Assembly (NCBI GenBank): GCA_048885865.1
Contig: JBHLLF010000036.1
Location: 1 to 25,904 of the forward strand
Direction: 5' to 3'
Length of the DNA stretch: 25,904 nucleotides
DNA from: Candidatus Hermodarchaeota archaeon
GTDB lineage: Archaea > Asgardarchaeota > Thorarchaeia > Thorarchaeales > Thorarchaeaceae
The notes under the pieces were generated by a model. The model searched no databases and was not told where the DNA came from. It saw only the letters and a list, made by a program, of their open reading frames with translations. Positions 8,422 through 16,013 of this stretch are shown here, in pieces; the stretch's first letter is position 1; each line of letters starts with the position of its first letter. A program made the position numbers and the translations under genes.

Positions 8422-9684
8422 TCACTCGGGTGAAGCCAATCTTGTTGCCAGAGCCTCTTGACTACTCCATGACCCAGTCAATATACCTCTTCGGGAGAAC
8501 TCCCCAAGTGTGCTCCTACTATCCTGGTCCAGCTTTCCAGGTGGCATGTTCTCAAAAGCGCTCCCTGGCAAGGGCATGAAGACATGACCGTGGACCTTTG
8601 CACCCATATCCGAAAGCATTTCGCACATTTCTATGCTATCATCAAGTTCTTTCCTTGATTCGCCAGGAAGTCCGAATATCATGTCGACATGCGGAGTGAA
8701 ACCACAATCAAGTGCAATCTCAACTGCGTCTAGCCCTTCCCGTACGGTATGATGACGATTGCTATATTCGAGAACCTTGTCACTGGCTGACTGAAGCCCA
8801 ATCTGGAGTGTATCATTCGCCACATAGGTCCTCATCATCTCCAAGACTTGTTTGGTGACAAACTCAGGTCTTACCTCAGATGGAAACGCTCCGAAGAATA
8901 CCTCTTCAAGTCCTTCCACTGATGCAGATTCCTTTAGCAGACGCTCTAGCTTATCGGGTACCACCCTACGTCCTTTTCCACCATACGAGAGGGCATTAGG
9001 AGAGAGGAACCATGTTCTCTTGAAACCTCTTCTTTCAACCGCTTGTTCAAGCCAATAAACCACCGAATCCGCGGATCTGTGTCTTACGCTTCCCCCGGTG
9101 AGGAAAGGTGTGCAGCAGAATTTGCAGGCAAACGGACAGCCTCGAGTCACTTCTACTGGTCCCAGGATATTCAGACCTAGAGCAAATGGGGGGTAGTCAT
9201 CAAGTGAAACCCTTGGCCGGTCTCTTGGTTTCGGCATGGAAACATCCTCTTCTGTGACCACTCCATCTATTTTCGTTGGCTCATCATGATTGATTAGACT
9301 ATACATCAAATCTCTGAATACTTTCTCACCTTCGCCAATCACAACAAAATCAAAGCCCTTTCTTATCAATTCCTTGGGCCTTGCACTCGCATGAGGTCCG
9401 CCGCCGACGAGTAGCACGGATTCACCAAATCTGTCCCTTATCCTCTTAGTTTCATGGTAGACTCGATTTATCTGGGTGCTCATGACTGACTGGGCAATAA
9501 TGACCTGTCCCCGCTCAACCTCTCGTTGAATCATGTTATCTGAGAGTTCAAGAGGTGCACTCACCTGAAGGTCATTCAACCGATGGTCTGTTTCTATTGA
9601 CCCAAGAAGGGCTGCTACGCTATAACGTGAAGAGGAATGTGAACGAAATATCAAATGATGGGATGCCAAACAATGCACACGCAC
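8422..9684 (-). CDS. B12-binding/radical SAM protein (TIGR04013/MJ1487-like), function unknown
   Basis: VGGGPHAS and IGEGE cobalamin-binding region; EVTRGCPFACKFC; FPSEVRPEFV; DMIFGLPGE; FMPLPG. GTG start overlaps the psmB stop by 1 nt. Confidence 0.85.
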   Translation of the reverse strand: MRVHCLASHHLIFRSHSSSRYSVAALLGSIETDHRLNDLQVSAPLELSDNMIQREVERGQVIIAQSVMSTQINRVYHETKRIRDRFGESVLLVGGGPHASARPKELIRKGFDFVVIGEGEKVFRDLMYSLINHDEPTKIDGVVTEEDVSMPKPRDRPRVSLDDYPPFALGLNILGPVEVTRGCPFACKFCCTPFLTGGSVRHRSADSVVYWLEQAVERRGFKRTWFLSPNALSYGGKGRRVVPDKLERLLKESASVEGLEEVFFGAFPSEVRPEFVTKQVLEMMRTYVANDTLQIGLQSASDKVLEYSNRHHTVREGLDAVEIALDCGFTPHVDMIFGLPGESRKELDDSIEMCEMLSDMGAKVHGHVFMPLPGSAFENMPPGKLDQDSRSTLGEFSRRGILTGSWSSQEALATRLASPE

Positions 9685-10277
9685 TAGTTGTCAAAGACCT
9701 GTTCAGTGACCCCATCCTTGGTCACTGTCATAACGCGTATAGCTCCACCAGACTGTGCATCTCTGGCAATTCCAGCCTTCACTGCGTCGACCGCAATCTT
9801 CTCGGCTTCCTTGACTGTCAGGCCTTCTTTGTAATCTTTCTCAAGGACACCGTAGGCTGTCTGTGTACCACTCCCGGTAGCTGTATACTCGTCTGGAATC
9901 AATGAACCACCCATATCAAGGGTGTAGAGAGCGGGACCACCCTCGTCAACGCCAACAATCACTGTCTGTACATAGAGTGGCGCCATCTTCTGCTGATACA
10001 GAGTATTTGCGATCATCTTGGAGAGGGCTTTCACGCTGATGGTCTTCTTCTGGTTCAGCTCATAGAGCTTGATATAGGCCTGAAGCCTGTTCACAAGCAT
10101 TTGGTAATCTGACGTTAGTCCAGCAGAGGCCAAGACTATGGAATCAGTCAGCTTGAACGCCTTGACACCTTGGTCTGTGAGAATGAAAGTGCCCCAGCTT
10201 ATCAATGAGTCAGTAGCTACAACGGCACCATCACTGCATTTTATTCCGACAACAGTTGCACCAGTAGGAAGTGACAT
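9684..10277 (-). CDS. psmB: 20S proteasome beta subunit, predicted non-catalytic (Thr1 replaced by Ala)
   Basis: MSLPTG-ATVVGIKC.DG.V.ATD, K33, AG..SD.Q, ATGSG, RDAQSGG. Start ATG 10277 with GGAGGT RBS at 10287-10292; the ORF-track extension to 10532 overlaps nog1 and is rejected. Confidence 0.93.
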   Translation of the reverse strand: MSLPTGATVVGIKCSDGAVVATDSLISWGTFILTDQGVKAFKLTDSIVLASAGLTSDYQMLVNRLQAYIKLYELNQKKTISVKALSKMIANTLYQQKMAPLYVQTVIVGVDEGGPALYTLDMGGSLIPDEYTATGSGTQTAYGVLEKDYKEGLTVKEAEKIAVDAVKAGIARDAQSGGAIRVMTVTKDGVTEQVFDN

Positions 10278-10332
10278 TAATACAAGACCTCCGTCGGGAC
10301 TCACGTCCCAGATTAGGGTCAGGAAGGTTCTG

Positions 10333-10345
10333 TTTAAAACGTTTT
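10333..10345. promoter_or_regulatory. TATA-like element and palindrome in the psmB/nog1 divergent intergenic region
   Basis: TTTAAAA at 10333-10339 overlapping the palindrome AAAACGTTTT (10336-10345), between divergent starts at 10277 and 10396. Confidence 0.4.
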
Positions 10346-10395
10346 GACCTGTTCCTTTTGTACGGACATTAACTTTCAGGAAACGGTAGTCGGAA

Positions 10396-11472
10396 ATGAA
10401 ATGGTTGAATCCCTTTGTAAAGATCCCAACGATCATGACTGCAGAGGAGATTATAGACTTCGCCCATAGGAAGTCAACAAGACTCAGTATGAAGAGTTCT
10501 CTTAGACTAACGAGGGTGGAACGCTCTCGCATCAGAGAGATATCTCGCCTTCAAGAGTTCACAAAGCAGGTCAAGACGAAGCTGAAGAACGCGGTAGAGG
10601 ACTTTCCTACTCTGGACCGACTTCATCCCTTCTACTATGAACTGGCTGAGATTCTCGTTGGCACTGATAGACTGAAGCAGGCCCTGGGTGCAGTCTATAA
10701 CTGCATCCCTCCCATTGACGACATCACGAACAACCATATTCAGGCATTGAAGCTTGCCGATGACTTCCGACAAATGAAGAAGACACGCAGGGCTGCAAAG
10801 GGGAGGATTTCGTCCATCCTACGTGCAACTGCACCCAATCTGGATTTCATTATAGAGGCAAAGATGAAGATGGCCCGTCTCCCTGGTGTTGCGCCAGACG
10901 AGCCCACCATTGTCTGTGCAGGCTTTCCAAATGTTGGCAAATCAACCCTTGTGAAGGCAGTTTCCACTGCGGAACCTGAGATTGCACATTATCCATTCAC
11001 AACAAAGAACGTGATTATCGGGCATCTAAAAGTAGGAAACAGGAATGTTCAGATCATCGACACCCCGGGCATACTTGATAGACCCATGTCAGAACGAAAC
11101 GAGATTGAGAAACAGGGAATTGCAGCCCTGAAGTACCTCGCACATGTCATCATCTTCATGATTGACCCTTCCGAGGCATGCGGCTGGAAGCTTGAGGACC
11201 AACTGAATCTTCACAAAGAGGTTCGTAAGATGTTTCCTCTCAACCCTCTTCTTGTGACCTTCAATAAGGTAGACATCACTCAACCGGAGCAGCTGAACAA
11301 GGCAAGGCAGTTGATTCAGGATGCCCATGAGATTGTAGCGACTGAGGGGATTGGTGTCAATGAATTGATGGCTGCGGCCCTCGAAGAGGTGGACTTGGAG
11401 TCTGTACAGGAATCAATCCAGGAGTTTCTTGCAGGTATCTCACAGGGCGAGTCCGGCCCCACTGACAACTAA
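10396..11472 (+). CDS. Nog1-family GTPase (ribosome biogenesis)
   Basis: LHPFYYEL; G1 GFPNVGKS; G2 YPFTTK; G3 DTPGILDRP..ERN.IE; DPSE.CG; G4 NKVD. Confidence 0.93.
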   Translation: MKWLNPFVKIPTIMTAEEIIDFAHRKSTRLSMKSSLRLTRVERSRIREISRLQEFTKQVKTKLKNAVEDFPTLDRLHPFYYELAEILVGTDRLKQALGAVYNCIPPIDDITNNHIQALKLADDFRQMKKTRRAAKGRISSILRATAPNLDFIIEAKMKMARLPGVAPDEPTIVCAGFPNVGKSTLVKAVSTAEPEIAHYPFTTKNVIIGHLKVGNRNVQIIDTPGILDRPMSERNEIEKQGIAALKYLAHVIIFMIDPSEACGWKLEDQLNLHKEVRKMFPLNPLLVTFNKVDITQPEQLNKARQLIQDAHEIVATEGIGVNELMAAALEEVDLESVQESIQEFLAGISQGESGPTDN

Positions 11473-12501
11473 TATGCCTGGTTCCCCCAAATCTCCCTGC
11501 AAAGACACGTCAGCATCCAAGAGTTTCCTCGCTGCCCAGATGTTGGTCTTGAGATGGGATGTGACCTCAGTCACTCCAATCCTGCTCGCACCATCAGCTA
11601 GGGCCATATACGGAATCAACATATCACATAGATGTGAGTCAACAGCCATTCCTGTGGAGAGTTCCTTGAGAAGAGTGTCCGCGCATTCAGAGCCAACTTC
11701 TTCTGCTGGTTTTCCCTTTGCACCTAGACTGTCGGCCCCCAGTCTGGTTCCAGAAACAGACTCAGCCCAAAGCACAATTCCACTACCTGCTCCAAGATGT
11801 CTGTCTTCCTGCTTCTTGTATGATTCCTTCTCAATCAGTAGGTCAGTGATGCCGCTTCCAGAGAGCCTATCTCGTGCAGAATTGGCCTGTCGCTCAGCCA
11901 CATGAGACGGCAGTCTCACACAGTGTGAAATACCTCGTACCTCTTTCAGATTGCCAAACCTTTCTCGTTCTATCGGCCTTATCTTCTCCACAGGAGTCAC
12001 TGTGCAGCTCACCTTGCCACCCCCACGAGGGAAGTGGCCCCGCCGCTTCAATGAAATATCAACGACTGGCCCCATGGTATGAAGGGCGTGTACAAACACA
12101 TCACGCATGTAATCAATTGGAGGACTCCAAGCCACATCAGTACCCCCAGTCAGGTCAAATCGCACCGGTTCAGGTGACAGAACGGCAGTAGGCAGGGCCG
12201 CTTGAAGAATGAGCGAGATAGACCCTGCTGTACCAACATCATAACTGAAGTGACCCCCCTTTCTCTCACGTGGAGTGAATTCGATCTGTGTGCTCCCTAC
12301 TTCCATACCCCTCACATCTGCTTTAACAAGTTGAGCTAGGACTTCGATTCCAGCTAGATGCTGCCGCTTCAAACCTGGCTTTGGTCGTCCAGCCCGTATA
12401 TTATCTATGCTCACCGGCTGCATAGTCAAAGCAGAGAGGGCAATTGATGTGCGGAGAATCTGGCCACCACCTTCGCCAAAGGCACCATCAATCTCGATCA
12501 T
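11440..12501 (-). CDS. rtcA: RNA 3'-terminal phosphate cyclase
   Basis: IDG..GEGGGQILR, IRAGRPKPGL..QHL, TAGSI.L, GGTDV.WSP, G.FPRGGG, catalytic His in VDSHL.D, TSHL.TN. Confidence 0.96.
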   Translation of the reverse strand: MIEIDGAFGEGGGQILRTSIALSALTMQPVSIDNIRAGRPKPGLKRQHLAGIEVLAQLVKADVRGMEVGSTQIEFTPRERKGGHFSYDVGTAGSISLILQAALPTAVLSPEPVRFDLTGGTDVAWSPPIDYMRDVFVHALHTMGPVVDISLKRRGHFPRGGGKVSCTVTPVEKIRPIERERFGNLKEVRGISHCVRLPSHVAERQANSARDRLSGSGITDLLIEKESYKKQEDRHLGAGSGIVLWAESVSGTRLGADSLGAKGKPAEEVGSECADTLLKELSTGMAVDSHLCDMLIPYMALADGASRIGVTEVTSHLKTNIWAARKLLDADVSLQGDLGEPGILVVSGAGLAL

Positions 12502-12607
12502 TTACGTGCACCAAGCGTTTGGTAATGATTTGGACTGTAAAGACTTCCGTTCCGGAACAAGTGGAGAATGCTTTTAATGTCGCAGACCACGTCAGAATGA
12601 GGTCAAG

Positions 12608-13132
12608 ATGAGGTCTGTGTTCATTGGACGCTTTCAACCGGTCCATAAGGGCCATGTCCATACTGTAAAGCAGATACTTGAGAAGGGAGAAGACCTAATC
12701 ATTGTGATTGGGAGTGCTCAGTACTCACACACACCCAATAACCCATTCACGGGTGGAGAGAGAGTGATGTTCATGAAACAGGCCCTCATAGAGGAGGGCC
12801 TTCCCCTCGATCGAATTGACATTGTTCCCCTTGCTGACATCAACATCCACCCTCTCTGGGTAGCACATCTCAAGAGTTTCGTCCCATACTTCGATAAGGC
12901 TTACACCCACAATCCACTGGTGGCCAGACTTCTGAAGGATACTGGTATTGACGTGGATGAAACAGAGCTTCTTGAGCGAAATACCTACAGTGCGAAACAC
13001 ATACGGGACCTTATCCGATGGAACAATCCCGAATGGGAAACCCTTGTACCTCCAGCCGTTGCCAATCTGATTAAGGAGCACAAGATGGACGAGCGAATAC
13101 GTGAAATTGGTGAGGTCACTACAAAGCGCTGA
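12608..13132 (+). CDS. nadM: Nicotinamide-nucleotide adenylyltransferase (archaeal NMNAT)
   Basis: GRFQP.HKGH, IGSAQ.SHT..NPFT.GER, WVAH, W..LVP. Confidence 0.93.
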   Translation: MRSVFIGRFQPVHKGHVHTVKQILEKGEDLIIVIGSAQYSHTPNNPFTGGERVMFMKQALIEEGLPLDRIDIVPLADINIHPLWVAHLKSFVPYFDKAYTHNPLVARLLKDTGIDVDETELLERNTYSAKHIRDLIRWNNPEWETLVPPAVANLIKEHKMDERIREIGEVTTKR

Positions 13133-13146
13133 CTCACACAGCAGAC

Positions 13147-13154
13147 TTTAAATA
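13147..13154 (+). promoter_or_regulatory. Archaeal TATA box for proS
   Basis: TTTAAATA just downstream of the nadM stop; predicts a transcription start near 13175-13180, giving a ~105-nt 5' leader. Confidence 0.6.
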
Positions 13155-13171
13155 CGGACCCAAGGTGACTC

Positions 13172-13272
13172 TCTGTTGGTGAACGTTTATGCTAGGTGAA
13201 CGCGTTCCGAACCAATAGAATGCTGATTCTCTGTCCTAGCCATTGCTCCGTAAACCAATCAGATCACAGGAG
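13172..13272 (+). ncRNA. Candidate structured proS 5' leader with a kink-turn hairpin
   Basis: 9-bp stem 13172-13180/13211-13219; tandem G.A/A.G pairs (13181-82/13209-10); 3-nt bulge TCC; ACG/CGT stem. An alternative fold is possible (see findings). Confidence 0.5.
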
Positions 13273-13280
13273 TAGATACA

Positions 13281-14765
13281 ATGAGTAGTAATGACGAGAA
13301 CAAAGAATCGAAGCAAGCGATCTTCAATATAAGCAAGGAAGAGAACTTTCCTGACTGGTTTGGCGAGATATGCAAAGTTGCCGACCTCGCTGACATCCGA
13401 TATGGCGTCAAAGGCTTCACTCCATTTCCTCCTTGGAGCTACATGACCATGGACATCATGTTTGACTTCTATGAGGCAGCCCTAAAACGTAAGCGTCATC
13501 TACCTATGCTATTCCCGACTGTGATTCCTGAGAGTAACCTCACAAAGGAGGCTGAACATGTAGAGGGCTTTACACCTGCAGTGTTCTGGATTAGGGAGAT
13601 TGGCGATGGCGAAGAACTTGAGGAAAGACTGGCCCTTAGGCCCACTAGTGAAACCGCGATCTATCCAATGTACTCACTCTGGATACGAAGTTGGCGTGAC
13701 ATGCCTCTAAAGAGGTACCAGCGATGTTCGGTGTTTCGGTCAGAGATAAAGAGCACACGTCCTTTCCTTCGAGGTCGCGAGTTCTTGTGGATTGAGAGCC
13801 ACAATGTATTTGCCACACATGAAGAGGTTATTGCACAGGTGATGGAGGACATTGAAACGACCAAGGAAGTTGTCACAGATGATTATGGACTGCCAATAAT
13901 GGTGTTCAAACGTACACAGTGGGACAAGTTTCCGGGTGGACTGAACACATATGCGGCAGACACACTCATGCCTGATGGAAAGGTCATCCAGTTGCCATCC
14001 ACACATGACCTAGGTGATAACTTTGCAAGAGCTTTCGACATCAAGTACTTGAACGAGAACAATGAAACAGTCTATGCATGGCAGACATGCTATGGTCCTG
14101 CCGTTTCCAGGATGTTTGGCGCCCTGATATCAGTTCACGGTGATGACAAAGGACTACGCCTACCATTCAAACTGGCTCCTTACCAGGTTGTCATCATTCC
14201 TATCATCAAGGGGAAGAATGCAGATGCAATTCTTGAGTACTGCAAGAAGATTGAGCAGACTCTCGAAAAGGCTGGAATCAGGGTCCATTTGGATGACTGT
14301 GATGCTACCCCTGGTTGGAAATATAACTACTGGGAGATGAAAGGGGTTCCCATCCGGATTGAAGCCGGACCAAAAGACATCAAGAAGGACCAAGTGGTTG
14401 TGTTTCGCAGGGATCTGATGAAACGTGAATCTGTGGCTTTGAAAGGCCTCAAGAAACACGTCAATACTTTGGGTAAAGACATTGACAAGACTCTGAGGGC
14501 ACAAGCCGAAGCCAAGTTTGATGGTCTCGTAGTGGATGCTGATACAATCGGTCAGATTGATGATGCCATGAACAATGGCAAGATTGCCCGAATTCCATTC
14601 TGTACCACTGAGATGGAAGGCTTGAGCTGTGATGAAGAGATCAAAGACAGGACTGGTGGCGAAATCCGCGGGACAAGGATAGACATCGAGGAAAAGGCAG
14701 AAGGAGTCTGTGTCATCTGCGGAAAGGTCGCCCAAGAAGTCGTCTACGTCGCCCGATCCTACTAA
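13281..14765 (+). CDS. proS: Proline--tRNA ligase (archaeal/eukaryotic type)
   Basis: KEAEHVEGF.P, LALRPTSETAIY, FLRGREFLW.E.H, QTCYG...R, HGDDKGLRLP, WEMKGVPIRIE.GP.D, C-terminal Zn-site cysteines and terminal ARSY. AGGAG RBS at 13268-13272. Confidence 0.97.
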   Translation: MSSNDENKESKQAIFNISKEENFPDWFGEICKVADLADIRYGVKGFTPFPPWSYMTMDIMFDFYEAALKRKRHLPMLFPTVIPESNLTKEAEHVEGFTPAVFWIREIGDGEELEERLALRPTSETAIYPMYSLWIRSWRDMPLKRYQRCSVFRSEIKSTRPFLRGREFLWIESHNVFATHEEVIAQVMEDIETTKEVVTDDYGLPIMVFKRTQWDKFPGGLNTYAADTLMPDGKVIQLPSTHDLGDNFARAFDIKYLNENNETVYAWQTCYGPAVSRMFGALISVHGDDKGLRLPFKLAPYQVVIIPIIKGKNADAILEYCKKIEQTLEKAGIRVHLDDCDATPGWKYNYWEMKGVPIRIEAGPKDIKKDQVVVFRRDLMKRESVALKGLKKHVNTLGKDIDKTLRAQAEAKFDGLVVDADTIGQIDDAMNNGKIARIPFCTTEMEGLSCDEEIKDRTGGEIRGTRIDIEEKAEGVCVICGKVAQEVVYVARSY

Positions 14766-14773
14766 TATTGGGT

Positions 14774-14811
14774 TCTGGACCTACCAGTAGGTCCAGACTG
14801 TATCCTTTTTC
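14774..14811 (+). terminator. Hairpin plus T-tract downstream of proS
   Basis: Perfect inverted repeat TCTGGACCTAC-CA-GTAGGTCCAGA (14774-14797) followed by CCTTTTTC. Confidence 0.6.
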
Positions 14812-14847
14812 AATACCTTATCCTTCCGGTATTTGAAGGTGATTTCA

Positions 14848-15834
14848 TTGAAGGTCATGGTGACCTATAACGAGATATTGACCATCGCTGTCCAAGAAAC
14901 ACTGGGAGACAAGGCTGTCGTTGTTCAATCAGAGAGGACTCCTGAATCAATGCTCGAACATGGTCGAGATGCAGACATTGTAGTGGCTGGTCGAGTTAGT
15001 GGAGACTTCATACGTGAAGCACCCAATCTAAAGATGATACAAGCCCTGGGTGCTGGCATCGATAAGATTGACCGTCAGGCAGTTCTTGACAGAGGTGATA
15101 TCATTGTCTGTAACAATCACAGGAATGCCTCTGAGGTTGCTGAGTATGCCATCATGCTTCTCTTTGCAGCGGCAAAAAACATTATCCTGAGTGACAGGGA
15201 GCTCCGAAAAGGTGACTGGGTCTTTGGGTTTGGTGGGCCAAACCCCAATGTGGAGATTCGCAATAAGACATGCCTGATCATGGGGCTGGGTAACATTGGC
15301 GCTGAGATAGCAAAACGGTTGAACAGCTTTGATCTCACACTGAAGGCTGTGACACGAAGTGGGAAAAGCCCCAACGCCGCTCTTGTCGACAGCATCACAA
15401 GTATAGATAAGATGAAGCCATATGTGCAAGATGCGGACTTCATCATTCTCTCATTGCCGCTCACCCATGAATCACGAGGACTAATTGACAGTGAGGTCAT
15501 CTCTTGGATGAACCCCTCTGCGATTCTCGTCAACATCTCCAGAGGAGAGATAGTGGAAGAGCCAGCCCTCTTCCAGGCATTGAAGGAGAAGAGAATCATG
15601 GCTGCTGGACTCGATGTCTGGTGGAACTATCCCCACTTTGGTAAGCCAGGCATTGAGATGCCCTCTCTCAAGTTCCCATTTCATGAGCTGGATAATATTG
15701 TCATGTCACCTCACCGTGCAGCATATTCCTTGGGTACCCAGCTGGCTCATCTTGAATTCATTAGAGAAAATGTCCTGCGATTTGTAAATGGTGAGCGCCC
15801 TCTCAACATAGTGGACATGAATCTGGGATACTGA
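14848..15834 (+). CDS. D-isomer-specific 2-hydroxyacid dehydrogenase (NAD(P)-binding)
   Basis: GAGIDKID, VAEYA, GLGNIG Rossmann motif, LPLT.E.RGLI, LVNISRG, AGLDVW, SPH catalytic His. TTG 14848 preceded by AAGGTGA. Confidence 0.9.
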   Translation: MKVMVTYNEILTIAVQETLGDKAVVVQSERTPESMLEHGRDADIVVAGRVSGDFIREAPNLKMIQALGAGIDKIDRQAVLDRGDIIVCNNHRNASEVAEYAIMLLFAAAKNIILSDRELRKGDWVFGFGGPNPNVEIRNKTCLIMGLGNIGAEIAKRLNSFDLTLKAVTRSGKSPNAALVDSITSIDKMKPYVQDADFIILSLPLTHESRGLIDSEVISWMNPSAILVNISRGEIVEEPALFQALKEKRIMAAGLDVWWNYPHFGKPGIEMPSLKFPFHELDNIVMSPHRAAYSLGTQLAHLEFIRENVLRFVNGERPLNIVDMNLGY

Positions 15835-16013
15835 CCGCGCCAAAACATTGGTTTTGCAGGTGCTTTTCAATGAAAATACAGACGGAAAACTAGGAGTAAA
15901 CTCCATCAAAATGCATCAACTGATGGATTTCACCGGAGAGGTGTTTCATAGTGACGGAGAGTCAGGTCTTTAAGGAGTATCTCAAAGCAGACAACAACTG
16001 CGACACAGGGGAT

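Noticed and set aside
10278-10532. 85-aa N-terminal extension of psmB in the ORF track
   Set aside because: Overlaps nog1 on the opposite strand and spans the promoter region; a good RBS precedes ATG 10277.
13172-13260. tRNA gene, SECIS element or C/D box sRNA interpretation of the proS leader
   Set aside because: GTTCCGA only loosely resembles a T-loop and no cloverleaf with an acceptor stem forms. Neither neighbouring gene has an in-frame TGA needing recoding. There is no RTGATGA C box.
14160-14735. 191-aa antisense ORF, and the other 60-160 aa shadow ORFs such as 11429-11905 and 15117-15599
   Set aside because: They lie within or antisense to well-supported genes and carry no motifs.
15893-15927. 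Short inverted repeats (GGAGT/ACTCC; TCCATCA/TGATGGA) upstream of the MutS-like gene
   Set aside because: Stems of 5-7 bp are expected by chance, and there is no other support.
15951-16013. N-terminal extension of the MutS-like ORF
   Set aside because: The HhH domain begins right after ATG 16014, which has a purine-rich RBS; the extension is likely promoter or UTR.
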